Source: an uncultured Spirochaetaceae bacterium (GTDB taxonomy: Bacteria > Spirochaetota > Spirochaetia > Sphaerochaetales > Sphaerochaetaceae). From it: DNA of 64,000 nucleotides. How positions within the stretch are numbered: the first letter of the stretch is position 1; the number at the start of each line of letters is the position of its first letter. The notes beneath the pieces are model-generated. The model was not told the DNA's origin. It was given only the letters and a program-made list of their open reading frames with translations, and did no database searches. The stretch covers positions 1,275-65,274 of the forward strand of contig CALXKZ010000025.1 in NCBI GenBank assembly GCA_944389065.1, in the 5' to 3' direction. Shown here piece by piece: positions 28,805 through 38,035 of the stretch. The position numbers and the translations under genes are program-made.

Positions 28805-29295
28805 CTGTTGATCTCCCTCAGCTGTCTTCTTGCATCCCTATTGAGATCACGTTCCCTTATCGCATCCTTCTTGTCCCTTACATTCTTTCCACGGGCAAGC
28901 GCTATCTTCATCTTTACAAGATTGCCCTTGAGGTAGATCTCAAGCGGCACGATCGTAAGGCCGCGTTCATTCACCTTCCTGGTGAATTTCTTTATCTCCT
29001 GCTTATGGGCAAGGAGGACTCTGTTCCTGTCCGTCTTGTGATTGAATATGTTTCCATGCGAATAGGGCTGGATGAGAAAGCCGATTAGAATCAGAGAGCC
29101 GTTTTTTGGTACGATATAGCTATCTGAGAATGAGCATTTGCCCTCACGGACCGATTTGACCTCTGTTCCTACAAGTGCGATTCCTGTCTCCAGCTCCTCA
29201 AGTATCTCGTAATTGAAATATGCCTTCTTGTTCTTCTGTATCAGTTTTGTTTCCACTATCTGACCCCGACTCTGAAGCCAGCATAAAGAGAGCAT
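28798..29295 (-). CDS. smpB: SsrA-binding protein
   Basis: KKAYFNYEI, GTEVKS and LLLHKQEI-like motifs plus a basic C-tail. The true start may be the GTG at 29256, which would abut the upstream stop rather than overlap it by 40 nt. Confidence 0.9.
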   Translation of the reverse strand: MLSLCWLQSRGQIVETKLIQKNKKAYFNYEILEELETGIALVGTEVKSVREGKCSFSDSYIVPKNGSLILIGFLIQPYSHGNIFNHKTDRNRVLLAHKQEIKKFTRKVNERGLTIVPLEIYLKGNLVKMKIALARGKNVRDKKDAIRERDLNRDARRQLREINSY

Positions 29296-30665
29296 GCGCT
29301 TCTGTCCATAGCCCCGACCGTATCAATGCCGATTCTGTCAGGTGTATTGATCCAGCTTCCGCCTTTCACGATGATATCATCATAGGGATAGAGAGCTGCA
29401 AGTCTCTCCGCCTCATCAAGTGCGAAGCGTGAAAGAGGGATGTAAGAGGATGAGGTGAACTCCCAGAGCTGTCCCATCATCGCACTTGGCGCTGATGTGT
29501 CATTGTCAATTGAAAGCAGGGAAGAGGTATAGCCTTTGTGCTGGGCAGAGATTGCTGCAGCAGTCCACTCTGCCTGCGTGGGAAGGACAATATTCATGCC
29601 TGTCTTTCCTGAAAGCCATCTGCAGTATGCATCGGCGGCATACCAGCTTATGCTTTTCACAGGAAGCATTGAATGGACGGACACTGAGAGATTGACATCC
29701 ACAAGATAGTTCTCATCTACCATGCCATCCTCAATCAGCTTTTCCTTGTTCGACTCTGCCCAGTATGGGTTCTCGGATACGAAAAGAGCATAATCATACT
29801 CTGAGACAGGAACTGAAGCGATGCTGAACGCTCCGGTTTCTACATATGCATAGCGTTCATTGGACTCAGGGTATACTGCAGAGTCGGAGGATCCCATCAC
29901 GAATGAAAGAGGCTCATAGCTGAAGAAACCATTGCTGTACTCGCTTGTTACCGCAATAGGTGTCTTCTCAGGAGATGGAGGAATGCTTCCATCGAGAATG
30001 GCTATGATCTCATCAAGAGTCTTTGATCTGTACTCCACATCAGAGCCTTCGAGTATTGTCAAAGCATTCCTGAAGTCCTTTTCCATCTCGTCCGATACAA
30101 TGTGAAGCGCCATATATGAAAATGGGTCAGAGACATCTTCAAAGCCAAGGGATACGGCATTTACCGCAAAGTCCGTGAATACAGGCGGATAATGATACCC
30201 CTCTGGATAGTCCGTTATGCGTGACCAGATGGCAGCTTCCCGTGCTCCATTCTCTATAACGGCACGTTCGATTGCCTCGTTATTCTCTATCTCTATGCTT
30301 ATTGTATCGACACGCTTCATGAAAAGCGTGAAGAAGATGTGATGGGGGATATCAATAGATAGAGAACCAGCATCCTCTCCAAGGACTGAAAAAGAAAACT
30401 CATGGACACCGGATGGAACGAAATAGACAGATCCGCTATCTGAACCAAGATATCTGCCGTCGATATAGACTGCTGTATCGGCAGTGCCAAGATCGAATCT
30501 GACATAGCTTCCATCGGAAAGGATTCCGGGAAGCATGCATATGATGAAGAAGAGAGATAGAGCGATCAGCAGAAGCACTGCCAGTATGATCACTCCGGGC
30601 CTTATTCCATGAAAAGGCTTCAGATGGACCGGCTCAACCTCCGGCAGTTCTATTTTTTTTCCCAT
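29256..30665 (-). CDS. Membrane-anchored PEGA-like / formylglycine-generating-enzyme (SUMF1) domain protein
   Basis: N-terminal TM helix, then a PEGA-like segment (ADTAVYIDGRYLG...VPSGVHEFSF). The C-terminal FGE-sulfatase-type domain shows WYAADAYCRWLSGK...LPTQAEWTAAA...GGSW. Confidence 0.65.
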   Translation of the reverse strand: MGKKIELPEVEPVHLKPFHGIRPGVIILAVLLLIALSLFFIICMLPGILSDGSYVRFDLGTADTAVYIDGRYLGSDSGSVYFVPSGVHEFSFSVLGEDAGSLSIDIPHHIFFTLFMKRVDTISIEIENNEAIERAVIENGAREAAIWSRITDYPEGYHYPPVFTDFAVNAVSLGFEDVSDPFSYMALHIVSDEMEKDFRNALTILEGSDVEYRSKTLDEIIAILDGSIPPSPEKTPIAVTSEYSNGFFSYEPLSFVMGSSDSAVYPESNERYAYVETGAFSIASVPVSEYDYALFVSENPYWAESNKEKLIEDGMVDENYLVDVNLSVSVHSMLPVKSISWYAADAYCRWLSGKTGMNIVLPTQAEWTAAAISAQHKGYTSSLLSIDNDTSAPSAMMGQLWEFTSSSYIPLSRFALDEAERLAALYPYDDIIVKGGSWINTPDRIGIDTVGAMDRSACSLYAGFRVGVR

Positions 30666-30744
30666 AGAGCTAAAATAAGCTCAGAGGAAAGGTATTGTCA
30701 ACTTGCCGCTTGCCTCGCTTATCCCCAATGCTTAGGATTAGAAT

Positions 30745-31752
30745 ATGGACGGATTATTCTCGTTTCTTGAAAGGCGGACTGAAAAGTATCTGACAAAGAA
30801 GAAGCAGGTCAGAGAGTACAATAGAACAAAGAAGCATACTGTGCTAGGTGAGATCTGGAGCTGGATAGATGCCCTCATCTTCGCTATATTCTGGGTCATA
30901 ATAATAAACCAGTATCTTTTCCAGCTTTTCGTGATTCCATCTCCCTCGATGGTACACACGCTTGAAATCGGAGACAGGGTCATAGTCAATAAGGACAGCT
31001 ACGGCGTTGAGCTCTATCCTGCTGGAAAGAAGGTCTTCACAGATGACAGACGTGTCCAGCGGGATGAGATAATCACATTCTACAATCCTGAATATGATTC
31101 GAAAGGTCCTTTCTTTGATCTTCTTTCCCAGGTTGTATATATGGGTACTCTCACGCTTGTGAACATCGACAGGAATGATGATGGCACACCTGCGGAGAGA
31201 CTGTATGTGAAGCGTGCCGTCGGAATGGGAGGCGATACGATAAGATTCATAGATGGGAATGCCGAGATCATGCTTTCCGGAACGGAGTCATTTATAAGTG
31301 AGGATGATTTCAGAGAGCAGTCAGGGCTTTCCGATGGACCTCATCGCTCTGTTGATCCCTCTTATTATCCTGCGCTGAAGGCTGCCGGTGTGATGAGTGC
31401 TTATCATGAGATGGGCTATGAGCCATTCCTGCCACGTGAAATATACCAGGCATACCGTGTCCTTGAGGGATCGGACTACAACTATGTCTTTGACCGCTAT
31501 GCCTTGGAGAAAGCAAGGACAGGTACGCTATCCTCATTCGATCCATCTGATATGGAGAGACGCTCTGAAAGCGCAGTCTATGAAAATGGCATCTATGTTC
31601 CTTCCGGCTATGTCCTCCCTCTTGGAGACAATCGTGACAACTCAAGGGACGGTAGGTATTTCGGACCGGTGGAGGAGTCAAGGATCAATGGCCGTGTCGT
31701 TGGAAGATTCTGGCCTCTTTCCCGGATTTCATCTCTGACGGATAACGAATAG
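30745..31752 (+). CDS. lepB: Signal peptidase I
   Basis: Catalytic Ser box IPSPSMVHTL, Lys box YVKRAVGMGGD and box E GDNRDNSRDGRYFG. 335 aa with an N-terminal TM. Confidence 0.85.
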   Translation: MDGLFSFLERRTEKYLTKKKQVREYNRTKKHTVLGEIWSWIDALIFAIFWVIIINQYLFQLFVIPSPSMVHTLEIGDRVIVNKDSYGVELYPAGKKVFTDDRRVQRDEIITFYNPEYDSKGPFFDLLSQVVYMGTLTLVNIDRNDDGTPAERLYVKRAVGMGGDTIRFIDGNAEIMLSGTESFISEDDFREQSGLSDGPHRSVDPSYYPALKAAGVMSAYHEMGYEPFLPREIYQAYRVLEGSDYNYVFDRYALEKARTGTLSSFDPSDMERRSESAVYENGIYVPSGYVLPLGDNRDNSRDGRYFGPVEESRINGRVVGRFWPLSRISSLTDNE

Positions 31753-31753
31753 C

Positions 31754-32875
31754 ATGGATTTCCTTGATCCGTCACGCCCGCTTTCCTTATACATCCATGT
31801 CCCGTTCTGCCGCTCTAAGTGCAGCTACTGTGCCTTCTATTCGGTTCCTCAGACGATGTACTGCCCTGATGACATTGGAAGGTACACTGAGAGGACAATA
31901 GAGAGCATAGAACGGCTCACAGACGAATATGATCGTCCATTCCATACGGTATTCATAGGAGGCGGGAACCCTGGCACTCTCGGCATAGATCGCATCAAGT
32001 CCATTCTTGATGCAGCATTTGTCCATGGCGCGCCAGAGGAGTGCACTTCGGAGATCAATCCTGAGAATCTGAGTGAGAGCTTCATTTCAATAGATGCTAT
32101 AGACAGAATCTCCGTCGGTATACAGTCGATGGATGGGAGCGTTCTCAGAACCCTTGGGAGGAATGCTACTCCCGAAGACAACAGAAGGGCCCTCTGCCTC
32201 CTCGCTGAATCCGGCAAGCGCTTCAATGCCGATATCATTACAGCAGTTCCTGGAGAGAGCATAAGGACTGCGCTTGACGATATTTCATACATAGCTGAGA
32301 GAGGTGCTGGCCATATTTCCTACTACCTGCTGACGTTCGAAGAGGGGACACCGCTTTCATCAAGGCTCCGGCCAGTTGATGAGGATAAGGAGATAGAGTT
32401 CCTGCGCGAGGGCTGGAAGCACCTTGCCGATCTTGGCTACAGGCATTATGAGGTCTCCAATTTCGCTCTTCCAGGCCAGGAATGCCTGCATAATATGGTC
32501 TACTGGGATCTTGGACAGTATATAGGCATAGGCCCCGGAGCAGAGAGCTCCATAGGGTGGAAGAGAGTTCTGTCCTTAAGGGAGCCCGAGGATCTTCTGT
32601 CATACAACAGCGGACTTAATGGCATGGCAGAAAGGCTTACTGAAGAGGAGACAGAGGAGGAGTTCCTCCTTACAGCTCTCAGAAAGGCCGATGGAATAGA
32701 AAAAGCACAGTATAAAGAGCGTTTCGGATATGATTTCGACCAGAGGTATGCTGATGCGATCGCATTGCTTGACAGCGCTCTATACAGAAACAGCGGGACC
32801 TCCTTCTCCCTTACTGAGGATGGTTTCATGCTTCTCGATACTGTGATCCTTACTCTCAGCGGGATTATCTGCTAA
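31754..32875 (+). CDS. hemW: Radical-SAM heme chaperone HemW / HemN-like protein
   Basis: LYIHVPFCRSKCSYCAF (CxxxCxxC), then GGGNPG. 373 aa, the size of the HemW class. Confidence 0.8.
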   Translation: MDFLDPSRPLSLYIHVPFCRSKCSYCAFYSVPQTMYCPDDIGRYTERTIESIERLTDEYDRPFHTVFIGGGNPGTLGIDRIKSILDAAFVHGAPEECTSEINPENLSESFISIDAIDRISVGIQSMDGSVLRTLGRNATPEDNRRALCLLAESGKRFNADIITAVPGESIRTALDDISYIAERGAGHISYYLLTFEEGTPLSSRLRPVDEDKEIEFLREGWKHLADLGYRHYEVSNFALPGQECLHNMVYWDLGQYIGIGPGAESSIGWKRVLSLREPEDLLSYNSGLNGMAERLTEEETEEEFLLTALRKADGIEKAQYKERFGYDFDQRYADAIALLDSALYRNSGTSFSLTEDGFMLLDTVILTLSGIIC

Positions 32876-32886
32876 CATTCTTCAAT

Positions 32887-33348
32887 ATGAAAAGAGCTTT
32901 ATCGGTATTGATCATTATTTCTGTCATTCTTTCTTCTCTCTTTGCATATGACCCATATGCCGCGGCTGCAGGATACCCGCCTTCTTTCCATCATCCTGAG
33001 ATCCGGTATCATCACAGCACCCACTCAGACTTGTCATCATCGATCATTTCCTCAGCTTTCGGTATTCCACGCTCTGATGCCGATTGCGTCATGATGCTTC
33101 TGAACCTTTCCGATGAAATCTCGGCAAGAAGAGGGCGTCTCAGGGATTGTGCTCATGATATAATCTCTGTTCTTAACAGCATTTATGAGGATAGAAGGCC
33201 GTTCGGAAGGGAAGATGAGGCCCTGCGGGATGTCTCTTCCACGCTTGACAGCATCCTCCGTGGAAGAGGATCCTGGCAGGAACTGGAGAGATCGGCAGAG
33301 CGGAGTTTCCCTGTAATCATAAGATCGCTTTCCCGTGCATACCATTAG
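32887..33348 (+). CDS. Small secreted protein of unknown function, His-rich N-region
   Basis: Signal peptide MKRALSVLIIISVILSSLFA, then PPSFHHPEIRYHHSTH, then a helical Arg/Asp-rich region. No family recognised. Confidence 0.45.
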   Translation: MKRALSVLIIISVILSSLFAYDPYAAAAGYPPSFHHPEIRYHHSTHSDLSSSIISSAFGIPRSDADCVMMLLNLSDEISARRGRLRDCAHDIISVLNSIYEDRRPFGREDEALRDVSSTLDSILRGRGSWQELERSAERSFPVIIRSLSRAYH

Positions 33349-33423
33349 GGAATATTGACAGTAAATTTCCCATTGTGGTATGTTGCTGGGGTAATCAATC
33401 GGAATTTATCAAGAGGTGTAGAT

Positions 33424-34164
33424 ATGTCTGGCCACAGCAAATGGGCAACTATAAAGCACAAGAAAGGTATTGCTGACGCAAAGCGCGGGCAGAAATTCAC
33501 AAAGCTGATCAAGGAGATCACTGTAGCAGCAAAGGACGGAGCTGATCCGGATTCGAACGCACGTCTCAGGACCGCTATTCTGAAAGCCAAGGCAGAGAAC
33601 ATGCCTAAGGACAACATCGACAGGGCTATCAAGAAGGGAAGCGGAGAGCTTGGGAATGCTACTTTCTACGAGCTTACATATGAAGGCTACGCCCCGGGCG
33701 GAGTCGCGATCATCATCGATACTCTCACAGATAACAAGAACAGGACTGCAGCAGATGTAAGGTCTACACTTACGAAGCTTGGCGGATCTCTCGGTGCTAC
33801 AGGATGTGTCAGCTACATGTTCCAGACAAAGGGTGTCATCACATATGATGCATCGAAGTACACAGAGGATCAGATCCTTGAAGCTGCTCTCGAGAACGGT
33901 GCTGATGATGTCTCCACAGAAGATGATGTGATTGAGGTGACTACGAGCGCCGCTGATTTCGCACAGGTTCTTGAGGCTATGCAGAATGCAGGTTTTGAGC
34001 AGGACAGCGCCGATGTCCAGCGTGTTGCCGATCAGACAGTCACTCTCGACAATGAGAAGGCAAACAAGGTTCTCAAGATCGTCAGCAGGCTCGAGGATCT
34101 CGATGATGTGCAGCAGGTTTCAACAAACCTTGATCTGCCTGAGGATTTCCAGGAAGAGGAGTGA
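33424..34164 (+). CDS. yebC: YebC/PmpR-family DNA-binding transcriptional regulator
   Basis: MSGHSKWATIKHKKG N-terminus is diagnostic. The tracked ORF 33355.. is an upstream extension. Candidate promoter is TTGACA (33355-33360), 18-nt spacer, TATGTT (33379-33384). Confidence 0.9.
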   Translation: MSGHSKWATIKHKKGIADAKRGQKFTKLIKEITVAAKDGADPDSNARLRTAILKAKAENMPKDNIDRAIKKGSGELGNATFYELTYEGYAPGGVAIIIDTLTDNKNRTAADVRSTLTKLGGSLGATGCVSYMFQTKGVITYDASKYTEDQILEAALENGADDVSTEDDVIEVTTSAADFAQVLEAMQNAGFEQDSADVQRVADQTVTLDNEKANKVLKIVSRLEDLDDVQQVSTNLDLPEDFQEEE

Positions 34165-34652
34165 TAGTACTCGGAGTAGATCCGGGACTTGCAGATACGG
34201 GCTGGGGTGTTGTCGAATTCGATGGACAGCATTACCGGCCTGTTTCTTTCGGTACGATAAAGACAAGTCCTGAGGATGATCAGCAGAAGCGCATATATAC
34301 AATCGCTGAGGATCTCGGCACTCTTGCCCGGAGATTCTCGTGTGATGTTGTCGCGATGGAGGATATTTTCTTCACGAAGAACATAACATCTGCGATTCCT
34401 GTTGCAAAGGTCATCGGAGCATCCATACATAAATTCACAGAGCTTTCGCTCCGCGTCCATCTGTATTCCCCACTTGATGTGAAGATGGCAGTGACAGGAA
34501 TGGGAAGGGCTGATAAGAACCAGGTGCAGGAAATGGTGCGCATCCTTCTCAATCTGAAGGAGATCCCACGTCCTGATCACGCAGCTGATGCTCTTGCTGA
34601 CTGCATATGCTATTGCACCCATAATGCTCTCAAGGTTACAATCCAGTCATGA
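34161..34652 (+). CDS. ruvC: Holliday junction resolvase RuvC
   Basis: MIVLGVDPGLADTGWGVV catalytic N-terminus. 163 aa. The GTG start overlaps the yebC stop. Confidence 0.9.
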   Translation: MIVLGVDPGLADTGWGVVEFDGQHYRPVSFGTIKTSPEDDQQKRIYTIAEDLGTLARRFSCDVVAMEDIFFTKNITSAIPVAKVIGASIHKFTELSLRVHLYSPLDVKMAVTGMGRADKNQVQEMVRILLNLKEIPRPDHAADALADCICYCTHNALKVTIQS

Positions 34653-35272
34653 TCAATGCCATTACCGGGAGACTTGCAAAGATAGCTCCCGACTACGCTT
34701 ATATCCTCTGTCCCTCCGGTGTTGAGTACAGAGTCGAGATTTCATCCAATGCCTCTGCCTTTTTCGCTGCTCTTCCTGATAAGGAGAATGTGAGGATCCT
34801 CTGCTATCTGCAGCACAGGGAGGATGCGATGACTCTCTTCGGTTTCTATTCGGAGGAGGAGCGCTTCTGCTTCGAGCAGGTTCAGACAGTGCCAGGCATC
34901 GGTGCAAGACAGGCGCTGAGAATACTTTCCGGAATCACTGTGCAGAATCTTGTGAAAGCACTTGATGCCCAGGATGTGAAGACTTTGGGAAAGGTTCCAG
35001 GCATCGGACCAAAGACTGCGCAGAAGCTTGTTCTGCAGTTGAGGAATGTTCTTGTGCTTGAAGAGGAAGAGGAGACTGAAAAGAGACCGGAAAACGCTGG
35101 TGTGTTCAAGGATCTTGTCGATTCGCTTGCAGAGATGGGCTTTGAGAGAAAGCAGATTGTCAGGGTGCTTTCAGAAGTAAGATCTGAGAATGCTCTCATA
35201 CTTCAGGATAAGGATACCAGGGAAGCTGAGAGCTTTCTGTTCCCGCTTGTTCTCAGGAGGCTTTCCAGATGA
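34649..35272 (+). CDS. ruvA: Holliday junction branch migration protein RuvA
   Basis: MINAITGRL start, with HhH motifs ([21 protein letters not shown]). 207 aa. ATGA overlap with ruvC. Confidence 0.9.
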   Translation: MINAITGRLAKIAPDYAYILCPSGVEYRVEISSNASAFFAALPDKENVRILCYLQHREDAMTLFGFYSEEERFCFEQVQTVPGIGARQALRILSGITVQNLVKALDAQDVKTLGKVPGIGPKTAQKLVLQLRNVLVLEEEEETEKRPENAGVFKDLVDSLAEMGFERKQIVRVLSEVRSENALILQDKDTREAESFLFPLVLRRLSR

Positions 35273-36336
35273 TTGTCGAGAATGGATTCGATAAGGACGG
35301 GGATATAATCCTCCACAGCGCTGACAGACCTGTCGATGCATCCTTTCAGGAGGAGGACAGGGCTGAGAATATGCTCAGGCCGCAGTATCTTGAGGATTTC
35401 CAGGGGCAGCAGACGATAAAGGATAATCTCTCTGTCTTCATAAAGGCGGCAAGAGCCAGAAAGGATGCTCTTGACCACACATTCATCGTAGGTCCACCTG
35501 GACTGGGGAAGACAACGCTTGCATCGATCATCGCAAATGAGATGCACAGTGAGATAAGGATGACAAGCGCTCCTGCTCTTGATAAACCGAAGGATCTTGC
35601 GGGAATCCTGACGAATGTGTCGGAGAATTCCGTATTCTTCATAGATGAGATACATCGTCTCAAGCCTGCTCTTGAGGAGATGCTTTACATTGCTATGGAG
35701 GATTTCGAGATCGACTGGGTCATAGGTCAGGGGCCTGCTGCAAGGACGATGAGGATACCTCTTCCGCATTTCACGCTCATCGGAGCGACGACGAAAGCAG
35801 GATCCGTGTCATCCCCGCTCGCTTCACGCTTCGGAATAAATCTCCATATCGATTTCTATGGAAAAGAGGAGCTTAGTTCGATAATATCGCGCTCAGCTCA
35901 TATTCTGGAGACCGATATAACCGATAATGCCGTCCTCATGCTTGCAGGGTGCTCAAGGGGCACGCCGAGAATCGCGAACAGGCTTCTCAGAAGGCTGAGG
36001 GATTTTGCCATAGTCCTTGGCGATGGAACGATAACAGAGGATATCGTGAGGGAAGGACTTGGGAGGCTTGGAATCGATGAGAACGGGCTTGAGAAGATGG
36101 ACCGGAGCATTCTCCGGACGATCATAGAGTACTATGGCGGAGGCCCTGTCGGTGCTGATACGCTCAGCATCTCCGTCGGAGAGGCTGTTGAGAGCCTTGA
36201 GGATTATTATGAACCGTATCTGATACAGCAGGGTTACCTTAAAAGGACACCCAGGGGCAGGTGTGTCACATCGAAAGCGTATGATCTTCTTGGGATCAGA
36301 GGAGGAGGAAATGCTGACCAGGGACTACTATTTTGA
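35269..36336 (+). CDS. ruvB: Holliday junction branch migration ATPase RuvB
   Basis: [12 protein letters not shown], Walker [12 protein letters not shown], Walker B FIDEIHR and TRAG-like TTKAG motifs. 355 aa. Confidence 0.95.
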   Translation: MIVENGFDKDGDIILHSADRPVDASFQEEDRAENMLRPQYLEDFQGQQTIKDNLSVFIKAARARKDALDHTFIVGPPGLGKTTLASIIANEMHSEIRMTSAPALDKPKDLAGILTNVSENSVFFIDEIHRLKPALEEMLYIAMEDFEIDWVIGQGPAARTMRIPLPHFTLIGATTKAGSVSSPLASRFGINLHIDFYGKEELSSIISRSAHILETDITDNAVLMLAGCSRGTPRIANRLLRRLRDFAIVLGDGTITEDIVREGLGRLGIDENGLEKMDRSILRTIIEYYGGGPVGADTLSISVGEAVESLEDYYEPYLIQQGYLKRTPRGRCVTSKAYDLLGIRGGGNADQGLLF

Positions 36337-37351
36337 TCTTCCCTCAGATCTTATTGCCCAGGAGCCGTCAGAGAGGAGGGGAGAGGACAGGCTTCTCCTT
36401 CTGGACAGGGCAACAGGGCACTTTGAGGACCATATGATGAGCGATTTCCCGTCGCTTCTCCATTCTGACTCCGTGATTGTCGTCAATAGCTCGAAAGTCA
36501 GGAAGGCAAGGGTATATGGAAAGGCTGATACCGGTGGAACTGTTGAATTCCTATTCCTTTCTCCTAACGCTGACTGGAGCTGGAAGTGCATGGTCAAGAA
36601 GGCGAAGAAGCAGAGAGAGGGAAAGCATTACCAGTTCCTGGATAGATATGGGAACTTTGTCGCGGAAGGAGTGATCAGAAGCGTCAATCCCGATGGGACA
36701 AGGGACGTTGTTTTCTCATCACTGATAGATGAATCATTCTTTGAGAAGTGCGGCCACGTTCCTCTTCCTCCTTATATCAAGAGGGAGGACAGCTTCAGCG
36801 ATGAGTCAAGATACCAGACTGTATATGCCCGCACCCCGGGTTCTGTCGCAGCACCGACTGCAGGCCTGCATTTCACGAAAGAGCTGATGGAAAGGGTAAG
36901 GGCTCTTGGGATACCGATTTATGAAGTCACGCTTCACGTCGGTGCCGGTACATTCCTCCCTGTAAGGACGGAGAGGGTGGAGGATCATCATATGCATACC
37001 GAGCACTATGAGATATCCCCGGAGACTGCTGAGGCACTCAACAAGGCAAAGAAGGAAGGAAAGCGTATCGTCGCAGTCGGTACAACCTCTGTCCGTACGC
37101 TGGAAAGCGCTTCAGATGGAAACGGAGTGCTGTCAAAGCTCTATGGAGATACTGATATCTTCATCAAGCCTGGTTATTCATTCCAGTTCGTGGATGATCT
37201 TCTGACGAACTTCCACACTCCTGAGTCGACACTGCTGATGCTTGTCTCAGCTCTTGCGGGCCGTGAAGCGATATTCTCCGCATACAGCCATGCAATAGAG
37301 GAAAGATACCGCTTCTTCAGCTATGGGGATGCGATGTTCATCAGAGGCTGA
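36311..37351 (+). CDS. queA: S-adenosylmethionine:tRNA ribosyltransferase-isomerase
   Basis: [15 protein letters not shown]-terminus, APTAGLHFT and [11 protein letters not shown]-terminus. The start at ATG 36311 overlaps ruvB by 26 nt. Confidence 0.9.
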   Translation: MLTRDYYFDLPSDLIAQEPSERRGEDRLLLLDRATGHFEDHMMSDFPSLLHSDSVIVVNSSKVRKARVYGKADTGGTVEFLFLSPNADWSWKCMVKKAKKQREGKHYQFLDRYGNFVAEGVIRSVNPDGTRDVVFSSLIDESFFEKCGHVPLPPYIKREDSFSDESRYQTVYARTPGSVAAPTAGLHFTKELMERVRALGIPIYEVTLHVGAGTFLPVRTERVEDHHMHTEHYEISPETAEALNKAKKEGKRIVAVGTTSVRTLESASDGNGVLSKLYGDTDIFIKPGYSFQFVDDLLTNFHTPESTLLMLVSALAGREAIFSAYSHAIEERYRFFSYGDAMFIRG

Positions 37352-37970
37352 AGGAAGAGAGCTCAGATCTTATTGCTCTCTCGACATCCTCCGGGCTCAT
37401 GGCTCCATCTATCGTGATGAGCCTGACTCCATCCGGAAGCGAGGAGAATGCTCTGATGTAGTTGTCGCGGACCTTGGTAAGGAAGGATACCCTGTCGAAA
37501 AGCTCCTTCTCCCCGCCGCGCTTCTCGATCCGTTCCATGCAGACATCAACCGGGGTATCGATGAATATTATGACCTCAGGAAGAGGGAAGTTGTTTATTG
37601 CCATTACGAAAGCGGGATCGCATTCAACGCTCTGATAAGCGATCGATGAGTAGAAATATCTGTCAGAGATGACGATCTTCCCTTCTTCCGACATCCTGAG
37701 TATACCGTGGCTTTCGCTGTAGATGTGGTCATGCCTGTCTGCAGCATAAAGCAGTGCAAGCGCTTCCGGGGTTGTTGCTACCTTCTTCTGGAGGACCTTC
37801 CTCACCAGCTGGCCGATGGGATTGTCTGTAGGCTCTGCGGTGAGATAGTACTCCCGTCTGTTGAATTCATAGTAGCGTGCCAGATTCCTTATCTGGGTTG
37901 TTGTTCCGGCGCCATCAAGTCCTTCGAAGACGACGAACGATCTGAGAATCCTCTCCATATTCTTCCTCAT
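37341..37970 (-). CDS. tmk: dTMP (thymidylate) kinase
   Basis: P-loop FEGLDGAGTTTQ and DRY motif (SDRYFYSS). 209 aa. Its 3' end overlaps convergent queA by 11 nt. Confidence 0.8.
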   Translation of the reverse strand: MRKNMERILRSFVVFEGLDGAGTTTQIRNLARYYEFNRREYYLTAEPTDNPIGQLVRKVLQKKVATTPEALALLYAADRHDHIYSESHGILRMSEEGKIVISDRYFYSSIAYQSVECDPAFVMAINNFPLPEVIIFIDTPVDVCMERIEKRGGEKELFDRVSFLTKVRDNYIRAFSSLPDGVRLITIDGAMSPEDVERAIRSELSSFSL

Positions 37971-38035
37971 GCTTTTATGCGGGATATGGTTTCCCCTTAA
38001 TGCATGAAAGTATTATAATCCTATCTGAGGCGCTG

